From: Acidobacteriota bacterium
GTDB lineage: Bacteria > Acidobacteriota > Terriglobia > Terriglobales > Acidobacteriaceae
Direction: 5' to 3'
DNA length: 44,393 nucleotides
Assembly (NCBI GenBank): GCA_021827845.1
Contig: JAKAUB010000207.1
Span: 1 to 44,393 of the forward strand
Part shown: positions 20,829 through 29,522 of the stretch, in pieces
Numbering within the stretch: position 1 is the first letter of the stretch
Layout: every line of letters begins with the position of its first letter
Made by a program: the position numbers and the translations under genes
The notes under the pieces: generated by a model
Database searches by the model: none
Seen by the model: the letters and a program-made list of their open reading frames with translations, nothing else
What the model was told of the DNA's origin: nothing

Positions 20829-21287
20829 ATGGAAACGCGGTACCCTGAAGACATGGCCGAATTCTCCTCCATGGCCGAGATGATGGAAAGCGCAGCGCGC
20901 GAAGCCGTTCGCACGGCGCGCGAGAACTATGGTTTTACTCTGAACTTCCAGGAGAACAGCCTGCAGGCGCTGGAGACCATCCTCGCGAATGAAGCTGCGA
21001 GTCTGGACCCCGCCGCGACCGAAGCTATCGAGCGCGCTGTGAAGATGTGGGGCGCGTACTTCGGGCAGACCGTGCGGGTCGCCTTTGGCGGCGAGTGGGA
21101 TCTGGTGACCTACCCGGGCAAAGCGCTGTCGCTGCCGGCCCTTACCGTTCGCGGTTCGCAGTTGTTTCCGCTGTTGAAGGTCTACCGCCGCATCACGCTC
21201 GGCGAGGCGGAAAACATCTGGACGTACTATCAGGCAATCCGTTCCCGTCTCACAGCCGTTCCATCAGAGGAGCAATCCTCCGCCTGA
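20829..21287 (+). CDS. hypothetical cytoplasmic protein (about 152 aa), no family recognised
   Basis: The ATG at 20829 lies 5 nt after the GntR stop. The part of the ORF-track ORF (20682..) upstream of it overlaps gntR out of frame. The sequence is protein-like (…FGGEWDLVTYPGKALSLPALTVRGSQLFPLLKVYRRITLGE…). Confidence 0.55.
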   Translation: METRYPEDMAEFSSMAEMMESAAREAVRTARENYGFTLNFQENSLQALETILANEAASLDPAATEAIERAVKMWGAYFGQTVRVAFGGEWDLVTYPGKALSLPALTVRGSQLFPLLKVYRRITLGEAENIWTYYQAIRSRLTAVPSEEQSSA

Positions 21288-21368
21288 GGCGCGCCGGTCC
21301 GGTGTGCGACAATGGCAAGTGAAAGACCATCGGCAAGGCTGTTGTCCGGCCCTGCGGGAGAAATCATT

Positions 21369-21575
21369 ATGGGTGATCTACTTCAGCCCTGGCATCTCGT
21401 CGTAATTCTCGTGATTGCACTGCTCGTCTTCGGCCCCAGCAAGCTGCCCGGGCTGGGCAAAGGCCTTGGCGAAGGCATCAAGGGTTTCAAAGAGGGCATC
21501 AAGGGGATTGGCGGCGGGGATGAGGCCGACAAGAACGATGCTGCGGCCAAGCCAACGACGACCGAAGTGAAGTAA
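21369..21575 (+). CDS. tatA: twin-arginine translocase subunit TatA/E
   Basis: The sequence MGDLLQPWHLVVILVIALLVFGPSKLPGLGKGLGEGIKGFKEG is the canonical TatA TM-hinge-amphipathic helix. GGGAG lies 8 nt upstream of the ATG at 21369. Confidence 0.85.
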   Translation: MGDLLQPWHLVVILVIALLVFGPSKLPGLGKGLGEGIKGFKEGIKGIGGGDEADKNDAAAKPTTTEVK

Positions 21576-21620
21576 GCCCTTCAGGCGCCGGAAGTCCTGC
21601 GCGTCGCGCGCGTAGGGGTT

Positions 21621-23555
21621 TTAGACAGGAATACTGAGCGAGAACGCAGTTCCAGTCTTACTTCCGCGGCTGCGGCTGCGCACCCGGATGCGCCCGCCGT
21701 GTTTTGCGACCAGCTGATGGGTGACCCACAGCCCCAGGCCGGTTCCCTGGTTGCCTTTCGTCGTAAAAAATGGATCGAAGATGCGGGCGCGCACATTGGC
21801 GTCGATCCCGCGTCCGCCATCGGCAATCGTCACAACGACATACTCCCGATCCTGGCGCCGCCGGTCACGCCGCCGGGTCGCACGGATGCGGATGGCGCCC
21901 GCATGTGGCAGCGCATCCAGGCTGTTGGAGAGCAGGTTGCAGAAGACCTGCCGCAGCTCGCCGGACACCGCGGTCACTGTAAGATCGCCGAGCAACTCCT
22001 TCTGAAGCTGTACGTCCTTGGCCGCTAGCTTGCCGCGCAGCAGGTCGGCGGCCTCCTCCAGCAATTGCCCGACATCCGACGGTCCCGGGGCACTGTTTTC
22101 GCGGTAAAACCCGAGCGATTGCCGGGCGATCTGGGCCACCCGCTGCAGTTCTCGATCCGCCGCCCGCACATATTCGCGGGCATCCGCCGGCAGCGCCTGG
22201 CTGCCCTGAATCAGATAGAGCAGATTGGTCAAGGACTCAAGCGGATTATTGATCTCGTGAGCAATGGCCGCGGCCAGGCGACCGAGCGTGGCCAATTTCT
22301 CGCTGCGCACCAAGGCTTCTTCCGCCTGCTTGCGGGCGGTAATGTCGCTGGCTGCACCGAACCACGCCGTCACCTCACCCTGCTCGTTAGTGAGGGGCAC
22401 AGCTCGCGAAAGCGTCCATCCGGAGGACCCATCGGCTCGCAGCACGCGATGCTCCATGACAAACGTATGGCGGTTGCGGATTGCCTCCGCAACGGAGCGC
22501 GCGACCATCTCCCGGTCTTCCGGATGGATGTAGGTCTCCATCCAGTTCCGGTCCGGCTCGGCGGTACCCCGCAAAAAATCTCGACCCCGCAGTTGATACA
22601 TCTCGCTCCAGTCAGGGCTCATGCTGTAGACGAAGTCGGAGGTCGCCTCCACCAGCGCCCGAAACCGTTGCTCGGCGGCCTGCGACGCCTCTTCGGCCGC
22701 GTGACGGTCGGTCACGTCAATGCAATACTCCGCGATGGTGCCGTCGCCCAGGTCGCGGCCGGCAAAGGCCATCCAGCGGCGGCTGCCATCTTTGCAGAAA
22801 TACTGCTTTTCATACGGTCCAATCCGCCCTTCGATGGCGAATCGTTCCATCTGCTGTTCGCTGATCGCCACCCACTCCGGCGGTGTAAGAACACGCCAGT
22901 TCAGCTTCCGGCCGGCAATATCTTCGCGGGAGTAGCCGAGGGTTTTTAAAAATACATCGTTCGAATCGATGATGGTTCCGGTGTAGTCGAAGAAGATCAG
23001 GCCAACCGCATCCGTCTCCTGCACCCGGCGCAGCCGTGCCTGGGCGACGGCGCGTTCGCGATCCGCGATTACGCCTTCCGTAACATCCACGCCAATGGCC
23101 AAAAGACCGCCGACGTTGCCCGACTCCGCATAGACCGGACTGTAGGACAGATCGAACCAGCGTTCTTCGACCGCGCGATTCAAGGCGTAGCGGAATGGCT
23201 GCCGGACCAGCGACAAGGATTCGCCGGCCAGAACCTTATCTGCGATTGGGCGATACGTCTCCGCGATTTCAGGAAAGGTTTCCAGGATGGGGCGGCCAAG
23301 GGCGGCCGGATGACGCTCCCCGATCATCGGAATGTATGCGTCGTTGTAGAAGAGCAGGAGTTCCGGACCCCATTGCAGCGTCGCAGGAAAGGCGCAACCC
23401 AGCATGGTGTCAATGGCCGCGCGCAGGGCGAACGGCCACGCCTCGGGGGTGTCGGCGGCCGTCGCGCTCCTGTCCAACTCACGGATCGCCCGGGCCATCA
23501 CACCTGCTGCGTGTGGCCATGCTTCGTGCCGGGTTTCTCGGGGATCGGCAGACAT
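21621..23555 (-). CDS. cytoplasmic sensor histidine kinase with three PAS domains (HisKA + HATPase_c); no cognate response regulator nearby
   Basis: The H-box is LATLGRLAAAIAHEINNPL, and the C-terminal N/G boxes are (LSNSLDA..., DGGRGI, GTGLGL). Three PAS-like segments precede the H-box. No TM helices are evident. Confidence 0.9.
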   Translation of the reverse strand: MSADPRETRHEAWPHAAGVMARAIRELDRSATAADTPEAWPFALRAAIDTMLGCAFPATLQWGPELLLFYNDAYIPMIGERHPAALGRPILETFPEIAETYRPIADKVLAGESLSLVRQPFRYALNRAVEERWFDLSYSPVYAESGNVGGLLAIGVDVTEGVIADRERAVAQARLRRVQETDAVGLIFFDYTGTIIDSNDVFLKTLGYSREDIAGRKLNWRVLTPPEWVAISEQQMERFAIEGRIGPYEKQYFCKDGSRRWMAFAGRDLGDGTIAEYCIDVTDRHAAEEASQAAEQRFRALVEATSDFVYSMSPDWSEMYQLRGRDFLRGTAEPDRNWMETYIHPEDREMVARSVAEAIRNRHTFVMEHRVLRADGSSGWTLSRAVPLTNEQGEVTAWFGAASDITARKQAEEALVRSEKLATLGRLAAAIAHEINNPLESLTNLLYLIQGSQALPADAREYVRAADRELQRVAQIARQSLGFYRENSAPGPSDVGQLLEEAADLLRGKLAAKDVQLQKELLGDLTVTAVSGELRQVFCNLLSNSLDALPHAGAIRIRATRRRDRRRQDREYVVVTIADGGRGIDANVRARIFDPFFTTKGNQGTGLGLWVTHQLVAKHGGRIRVRSRSRGSKTGTAFSLSIPV

Positions 23556-23752
23556 GAAGACGTTTCGCGTTTTTGGGCGCCCTCGTCCGGTCGCTTCGTG
23601 ACGGGTGGTCGCTTTATTCGCTCAATATATCGATTCCAAACGGGCCGATGCGGATGCCTGGCCGCGGCGCATCGGGCTCGCGACCGGACCCGTTGTAGAT
23701 TGGGAGCAGCGCCCCTGGCTGAGATATACAGCAGCCGGCTGCAGGAGACTCA

Positions 23753-24562
23753 ATGAAAAATTCCGACCGCTTGTACCGCATCAAGCCAAAGGAGACGGTT
23801 CGGCTGGCGGACTTTCCTGCCGAGGCGACCGGCCACTTCACTCGCGAGGATGAGGCCCTCGACGAACTGCAGCGGCATCGCAAGCGGCTGGATCAGCTGC
23901 AGGAGCTGTTCGCCATCGACGGCCGCCACGCTCTGCTCATTGTGCTGCAGGGGATGGACACAGGTGGCAAGGATGGCACAATTCGCCACATCTTCTCCGG
24001 GGTGAATCCGCAGGGCTGCGATGTGACGTCGTTCAAGGTGCCATCGCCGCTGGAGGCCCGGCATGATTTTCTGTGGCGCGCGCATTACGCGGTGCCGCCG
24101 CGCGGCATGATTGGCATCTTCAACCGCTCACACTATGAAGATGTTCTGGTGGTCCGCGTCCACGGCCAGATCACCGGCAAGCAGGCCCACCAGCGCATGC
24201 GCGACATTGTGCACTGGGAGGAGATGCTGGCGAATAACAACGTCATCATCCTCAAGTTTTTTCTGCATATCTCTTATGACGAGCAGACGCGGCGGCTGCA
24301 GTCGAGGCTGCAAGACCCCGACAAGCGCTGGAAGCTGAGCGCGGCCGATATTGCCGAGCGGAAGCTGTGGCCCAAGTATCAGGAAGCCTATGAAGATGTG
24401 CTTTCGCGCACCAGCCAGAAGACAGCACCCTGGTACATTGTGCCGGCGAACCACAAGTGGTATCGCAATGCGGTCATCTCCCGCGTGCTAGTGGAGACGC
24501 TCGAGAACCTGAAGCTGCGGCACCCCAAACCGTCGGTCGATCCGGCGAAAATTAAGCTGTAG
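23753..24562 (+). CDS. ppk2: polyphosphate kinase 2 family protein (polyphosphate:nucleotide phosphotransferase)
   Basis: The Walker-A-like motif LQGMDTGGKDGTI is present, along with PPK2 signatures FLWRAHYAVPPRGMIGIFNRSHYEDVLVVRVH and a lid region. The length of 269 aa indicates a single-domain PPK2. Confidence 0.9.
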   Translation: MKNSDRLYRIKPKETVRLADFPAEATGHFTREDEALDELQRHRKRLDQLQELFAIDGRHALLIVLQGMDTGGKDGTIRHIFSGVNPQGCDVTSFKVPSPLEARHDFLWRAHYAVPPRGMIGIFNRSHYEDVLVVRVHGQITGKQAHQRMRDIVHWEEMLANNNVIILKFFLHISYDEQTRRLQSRLQDPDKRWKLSAADIAERKLWPKYQEAYEDVLSRTSQKTAPWYIVPANHKWYRNAVISRVLVETLENLKLRHPKPSVDPAKIKL

Positions 24563-24640
24563 TCAGCGAAGCACCGCCAAAATATTTTGCTGGAGGTTTT
24601 TTAGTTGCTGTTGGTGCGGAACGCATTCCCACTAACAGCC

Positions 24641-24715
24641 GTCATCCTGAGCGAAGCGAAGGATCTCAGTATTTTCCAAGCGAGCAAGATGCACGGATTC
24701 TTCGCTCAGAATGAC
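24641..24715. repeat. REP/MITE-like palindromic intergenic element (GTCATCCTGAGCGAAG ... CTTCGCTCAGAATGAC)
   Basis: The 16-nt arms at 24641-24656 and 24700-24715 are inverted repeats matching at 15 of 16 positions. They extend imperfectly to GGATC/GGATTC. The arm sequence is one I recall as a dispersed repeat giving spurious VILSEAKDL-type ORFs in Acidobacteria and other soil bacteria. It lies between the convergent ppk2 and EamA genes. Confidence 0.6.
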
Positions 24716-24818
24716 GATGTCTCCTCGACGGCAATTGGAGAAATGTCAAAACTTTGAATGATTACAGCGAAGAAGGCTGCGGAAAATATCTTTTGGTTGC
24801 TGGGCTGATCCCTGGCCG

Positions 24819-25757
24819 CTAAGAGATGAGCACCACGGCCACCAAAGCCAGCACCATGCCGAACGTCTGCCGGCGCGTGGTGCGCTCATGCAGCAGCCAG
24901 ACCGCAAGCAGAATGGTTCCGGCGGGGTAGAGTGAGGCCAGCATAGCGGCCACGTCCAGCCGTCCGGTGCGCGTCGCCGCCAGAAACAGAAAATTTCCGG
25001 ATGTATCGCAGACGCCGGCGGCCACGGCGAGCAGCCCGCCCGTCCAGACGGCGCGGCGCCAATCGGTTGACCCCGGCGCGCCGGCAGATTCCCGGGTCAA
25101 CTGTGTCCGGCTGAAGAGCACCCCGCCACCCAGCGCCATCGCCAGACTGCCGACGCGCGAGGCGGCCAGCGGCCACAGCAGCTCGCCGCCATTTGCCAGC
25201 CGCAGAAAGATGAGAAACAGGCCGAATCCGATCCCGGAGATTATGGCCATCAACAGCCGGCTCTCAAGCAGCGCGCGCAGGCCATGCGGCGGAGTTTTTT
25301 GGTGCACGGAGGCTGCCGCCGCGGATGTCGATTCGCCGCCGGCGCTGATCATCCAGATAGCTACGGCAGCCAGGCAAAATCCGGCAATCTGCTGTGGGGC
25401 GGGCGCACCCACGGTCAGCGCGGTAAAGATGACGGGCAGCGCCGCGGTGAGCAGCCCCGTGACCGATGCAGTCATTCCCATGGCACCCAGCGCGAGCGCG
25501 TAATAGAACGTAAGCAGGGCAATACCGCCAGCCACGCCGGACAGGAAACCGAAGAACAAGATGCGGGAGCCAGGAATTGCCGGTCCCAGCCACGGCGCCA
25601 GAACCAGAAGTCCCAGCAGGCTAAAGCCATGCGAGATCGCCAGCAGCCAGAAGACCTGCAAGCGGCGGGCGGCAACGCCACCGAGAAAATCTGCCGCACC
25701 CCAGATGGCGGCTGCGGTAAGCCCGAACGCAGTAGTGGCCGCAGCCGGGCTTATCAT
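24819..25757 (-). CDS. EamA/DMT-superfamily transporter (10 TM)
   Basis: 312-aa polytopic membrane protein with two EamA-like halves (…AAIWGAADFLGG… and …VCDTSGNFLFLAATRTG…). It lies 25 nt downstream of the VWFA-like gene on the same strand. Confidence 0.8.
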   Translation of the reverse strand: MISPAAATTAFGLTAAAIWGAADFLGGVAARRLQVFWLLAISHGFSLLGLLVLAPWLGPAIPGSRILFFGFLSGVAGGIALLTFYYALALGAMGMTASVTGLLTAALPVIFTALTVGAPAPQQIAGFCLAAVAIWMISAGGESTSAAAASVHQKTPPHGLRALLESRLLMAIISGIGFGLFLIFLRLANGGELLWPLAASRVGSLAMALGGGVLFSRTQLTRESAGAPGSTDWRRAVWTGGLLAVAAGVCDTSGNFLFLAATRTGRLDVAAMLASLYPAGTILLAVWLLHERTTRRQTFGMVLALVAVVLIS

Positions 25758-25782
25758 CGCACGTGCCTGAGAATGGCCGCTG

Positions 25783-27117
25783 CTACTGGCCAGTGGTCGC
25801 CGTTGGGTAATAGCCCTGCTTGGCGATCACCGTCAGGTTCGGGCGCAGCACGCGCACTTCAATCTTGCGGAAGCGGCTATCCAATACCGAAATGTGACTG
25901 TTGTAGCCCAGGGTGTACTGGTCGCGCACCTGTTCGGTAATCCTTGCAAAGCTGCGCTCGATGCCATTGGTCGACAGTTCCGCATCCAGGCCGCCGCCGG
26001 TCGCCGCGGTGTATTTAGGCAGGATATTGTCCTGCATCTGCAGCGGGATGTGGAAGCGGTCCAGCCAGCCATAGACCGGCAGTGAGGATTCGCCCACCAG
26101 CGTGCCATAGACCGCGATCTGATTGGTCAGCAGATAACGGACGACTTCCTTGTACGCGATCTTGCTGCCTTCGTTTTTCCCGTCGCTGATGACATAAATC
26201 AGCTTGCGGCGCCCCTTGCCGCGCTGCGCCAGCTCTGTGGCGGCACGGAAGATGGCATCGTTCAGCACATGCTGATCTTTGGGAATAATGCCGATGAAGT
26301 TGCCGTTGTGCTCCGGGGTAGTATTCGGATCGATGTACTGTCCGTTGATGATCGGCCCCTCGGCCATGGGGCCGGTGTTGCTGGGCACTTCCATAAAGCG
26401 GCCGGGAGCTTTAACGCGATCGAGCACCTGCGTCAGGCGCGCGCTCTCCGCGCCGGTAAAGCCGGTGGCCTGACTGACGTGCGAGGCGTAAGTGAAGACA
26501 GAAACTTCGTCATAGGGAGCAAAGGCGCCTTGCAGGCCGCTCAATGCTTCATTCACCTTGCGCATGGTGTCGGCGTGCAGGCTCTGGTCGATGACGAAGG
26601 CTACGGAGAGCGGAAACGGATCTTCGGTGAAGAAGTTCAGGTGCTGCAGGACGCCGTCTTCATACACCTGGAAGTCGTGATAGGTCAGGCCTGGAACGAG
26701 TTGGCCGTTTTTATCTTTCACGGTGACCGGCACCAGGACGAAGTTGACGCGGGTGCGGATGGTGTAGCTGGCGGTCGAAGGGCCTTCGCCTTTCGGAGGA
26801 ATCACCGGCGGGGGCACGTTGGACTGTCCGGCGGGCACCTGATTCGTCGGCTCTGCCGGCTGCGAAGTTCCAGCCGCGGTTGCAGGCGCGGCTGGGCTGC
26901 TGCCGCTCGCGGGAGGCGCGCCTTCTCCCGGCGTCACCTGGTGGAGCAAAGACGGCAGGGAAAGAGATTGAGGTGTGTTCGGGTTACTGGGACGCGGCGC
27001 GGGAGCTCCCGGAACACCGGAGCTGGGAGCATCGGGAACCGGCTGGCTTTGTTGCCCAAGGACACAAGGCGCGGCCACTGCCAGCAGGCACGCCAGAACC
27101 AATACATTGCGCTTCAC
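25783..27117 (-). CDS. secreted VWFA-related Acidobacterial-domain protein (TIGR03436-like) with long Pro/Ala/Ser-rich linker
   Basis: I prefer the GTG start at 27117 (VKRNVLVLACLLAVAAPCVLG|QQ), which has GGTGAGG about 9 nt upstream. The ORF-track ATG is at 27171. The core VNFVLVPVTVKDKNGQLVPGLTYHDFQVYEDGVLQHLNFF...SVAFVIDQS follows the family pattern. The C-terminal part is VWA-like (KLIYVISDGKNEGS). Confidence 0.75.
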   Translation of the reverse strand: MKRNVLVLACLLAVAAPCVLGQQSQPVPDAPSSGVPGAPAPRPSNPNTPQSLSLPSLLHQVTPGEGAPPASGSSPAAPATAAGTSQPAEPTNQVPAGQSNVPPPVIPPKGEGPSTASYTIRTRVNFVLVPVTVKDKNGQLVPGLTYHDFQVYEDGVLQHLNFFTEDPFPLSVAFVIDQSLHADTMRKVNEALSGLQGAFAPYDEVSVFTYASHVSQATGFTGAESARLTQVLDRVKAPGRFMEVPSNTGPMAEGPIINGQYIDPNTTPEHNGNFIGIIPKDQHVLNDAIFRAATELAQRGKGRRKLIYVISDGKNEGSKIAYKEVVRYLLTNQIAVYGTLVGESSLPVYGWLDRFHIPLQMQDNILPKYTAATGGGLDAELSTNGIERSFARITEQVRDQYTLGYNSHISVLDSRFRKIEVRVLRPNLTVIAKQGYYPTATTGQ

Positions 27118-27225
27118 TGAATATGCCTCACCCAACCGGCCCAACCCGCCTGTCCAATTCTTCAAGTACATTCCACCGCTTACGCACGCAAGTTAACCCG
27201 CGTTGCGTTCGATTCTGCCGCTTTC

Positions 27226-28305
27226 TTGCAGGTTGGCTACCATTGTACGGTGGGAAGCCGAAAGTGCCTAACCGAGTTGTCACCCAGGAGATTCTGGCGC
27301 CCCTTGCGACGATGGATGCTGCCGATGCTGCTGGGATCGGCCGTGTTCGCCCGGGCGCAGGCCATACCCAGCCCCGATGCCGCGCCTCAGGCGGCCGTGA
27401 CAAAGGCACCGCGGACCGTCGCCCGTCCCGCGCCGGAGCTGTCCATCGTTTTTACGGCCGTAACTACGCGCGGCAAACCAGCCGCAGCACTGCTGCCCGG
27501 TGACTGCATCGCGGCGGTGCAGGGGCGGCAACTCCCGCTGCGAGAGCTGACTCCGCTTGGCAAGGAACCACGCACGTTCGCGCTGCTGCTGAACACGGCG
27601 GGCAGCCAGCAGACCGTCTTTGCGGCGGAGCAGCAGGCGGCCTCCGCCATTGCCGACCGGCTGCGCCCGCAGGATGAAGCGATGCTGCTTGCGTTCGATA
27701 CGGACATCACCCTGCTGTCGGACTTTACGGCGCATCGCGCGGCGCTCGATGCCGTCATCCATTCCGCGCCGATGAATGCCAGCGTGGGCCACTTCACCAC
27801 CGGCACCCTGCCGCCGATTGGAAAGGTGGACGGGGCACTGCTCTACGACGCGGTGCATCTGGGCATCCAGCGGCTAAAGGATGAGGCGGGCCGCCGCATC
27901 CTGGTGGTCATCGGCAATGGTGTGGACCAGGGCAGCCGCACGCCCCTTCGCCAGGTGATCCGCGAAGCGCAACGGGCGCAGGTGACCATCGACGGTCTGC
28001 TGGTGCGCGATGTAACGCTGGACGACATGCTGGAAGCCAGCGGAAAGGGGTCGATGCGGCAGATGACGGAGACTACGGGCGGAGAGATGTTCCCGGTGGA
28101 TGCTCGCGGCAAGGGACTGAAGCCGGCCATGGCAGGGATCGAGCAGCAACTGGATGCCGGTTGGCGCGGCGTTTTGCCCGAAGATGCGATAACGCCCGGG
28201 AAGGCAGAGCCGCTGCGGCTCACCTGCCAACAACAAGGCCACGCTCTGAGGGTGCGCGCCCCGAAGGCACTGGTGGCCGCCGACCCTGTGGGCGCGGCTC
28301 GATAG
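27226..28305 (+). CDS. secreted VWFA-related protein, divergent paralog with degenerate MIDAS
   Basis: The signal peptide is ...RRWMLPMLLGSAVFARAQA|IP. The start is uncertain among ATG 27226, TTG 27277 and ATG 27316. VWA-like blocks are FALLLNTAGS, MLLAFDTDITLLSDFT, ALLYDAVHLGIQRL and RILVVIGNGVDQGS. Confidence 0.6.
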   Translation: MQVGYHCTVGSRKCLTELSPRRFWRPLRRWMLPMLLGSAVFARAQAIPSPDAAPQAAVTKAPRTVARPAPELSIVFTAVTTRGKPAAALLPGDCIAAVQGRQLPLRELTPLGKEPRTFALLLNTAGSQQTVFAAEQQAASAIADRLRPQDEAMLLAFDTDITLLSDFTAHRAALDAVIHSAPMNASVGHFTTGTLPPIGKVDGALLYDAVHLGIQRLKDEAGRRILVVIGNGVDQGSRTPLRQVIREAQRAQVTIDGLLVRDVTLDDMLEASGKGSMRQMTETTGGEMFPVDARGKGLKPAMAGIEQQLDAGWRGVLPEDAITPGKAEPLRLTCQQQGHALRVRAPKALVAADPVGAAR

Positions 28306-28324
28306 ACTGGAGCGGGAGCAGCGC

Positions 28325-29503
28325 GTGCGCATTTCGCAGGCAGTCTTCGGCGTCTATCACCACTTTGCGCTGGCGCACCAGTTGCGCCGGTATCAGGCGC
28401 TGGGCACGGTGTACTCCACCTATCCGTGGCGGCGGCTGCAGCGGGAGGGCGTGCCGCGCGCGCAGGTCGCAACCTTTCCGTGGATTCACGGGCCACTCGC
28501 CGGGCTGGCGCGCTACGGACTGTACCCGTCCCGCTGGACCGAGGGCCTGGACTACGCCAACGCGCTGCTGTTCGATCGCTGGCTGACGCGGCAGCTCGAC
28601 CATGACGCGTGCGACGCGCTGATCGCCATCTCCGGTGCAGGTTTACGCGCAGGCGCAGGGCTACAGGCGCGCGGCGGAAAATATATCTGTGACCGCGGGT
28701 CCACGCATGCGCGCTACCAGTGGCGCCTGCTGGATGCCGAGCATCGCCGCTGGAACGCGCCGCTGGATATTTACGACGAGCGCGACACGCTCCGCGAGGA
28801 GCAGCAGTATGCGCAGGCGGACTGCATCGTGGTCCCGTCAACCTTCGCGGCGCGCAGCTTTGTGGCCGAAGGAATCCCCGCAGCGAAAGTTCGCGTGATT
28901 CCTTACGGGGTGCGGCTGGAAGAGTTTCATCCCGCCGGTGAGCCCGACCCGGAGAGGTTCGACCTTTGCTTTGTCGGGCAGGTGAGCCTGCGCAAGGGCG
29001 TGCCTGATCTGCTGGAGGCCTTTGCCCGCGTGCGGCATCCGCGCAAGCGGCTGCGGATCATCGGCCCCGTGTTTGCGCACATGAAGCCCCTGCTGCCTCG
29101 TCTGCCCAGGGAAAACGTGGAGATCGTCGGCGCGGTCGGGCGGGCGGACCTGATCCGCTATCTGAGCACAAGCCATGCGATGGTGCTGCCGTCGCTCGAA
29201 GAAGGGTTGGCGCTGGTGCAGGGCGAAGCGATGGCGTGCGGCTGCCCGGTGATTGCGACGCCCAATACGGGCAGCGAAGATCTTTTCACGAATGGGCAGG
29301 AAGGCTTCATTGTTCCAGCGGGCGATGTTGCAGCTCTGGCGCAGGCGATGCAGACGCTGGCGGACGATCCGGCCCGGCAGCAGAGGATGCGTCACGCGGC
29401 GCTGGAGCGCGTCCGGCGGCTGGGCGGCTGGGATGATTACGGCGACCGCTGGATGGCTGTGCTGCGGGAGCTGGTGAGCGCCGGAGAAGGCAAGGCCCGC
29501 TAG
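28325..29503 (+). CDS. glycosyltransferase family 4 (GT-B, 'glycosyl transferases group 1'), copy 1
   Basis: A GTG start is preceded by GGGAG 6 nt upstream and lies 19 nt after the VWFA-like stop. The C-terminal motif LPSLEEGLALVQGEAMACGCPVIATPNTGSEDL is the E-x7-E type. Confidence 0.85.
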   Translation: MRISQAVFGVYHHFALAHQLRRYQALGTVYSTYPWRRLQREGVPRAQVATFPWIHGPLAGLARYGLYPSRWTEGLDYANALLFDRWLTRQLDHDACDALIAISGAGLRAGAGLQARGGKYICDRGSTHARYQWRLLDAEHRRWNAPLDIYDERDTLREEQQYAQADCIVVPSTFAARSFVAEGIPAAKVRVIPYGVRLEEFHPAGEPDPERFDLCFVGQVSLRKGVPDLLEAFARVRHPRKRLRIIGPVFAHMKPLLPRLPRENVEIVGAVGRADLIRYLSTSHAMVLPSLEEGLALVQGEAMACGCPVIATPNTGSEDLFTNGQEGFIVPAGDVAALAQAMQTLADDPARQQRMRHAALERVRRLGGWDDYGDRWMAVLRELVSAGEGKAR

Positions 29504-29522
29504 ACTGGGGCGGGAGCAGCGC

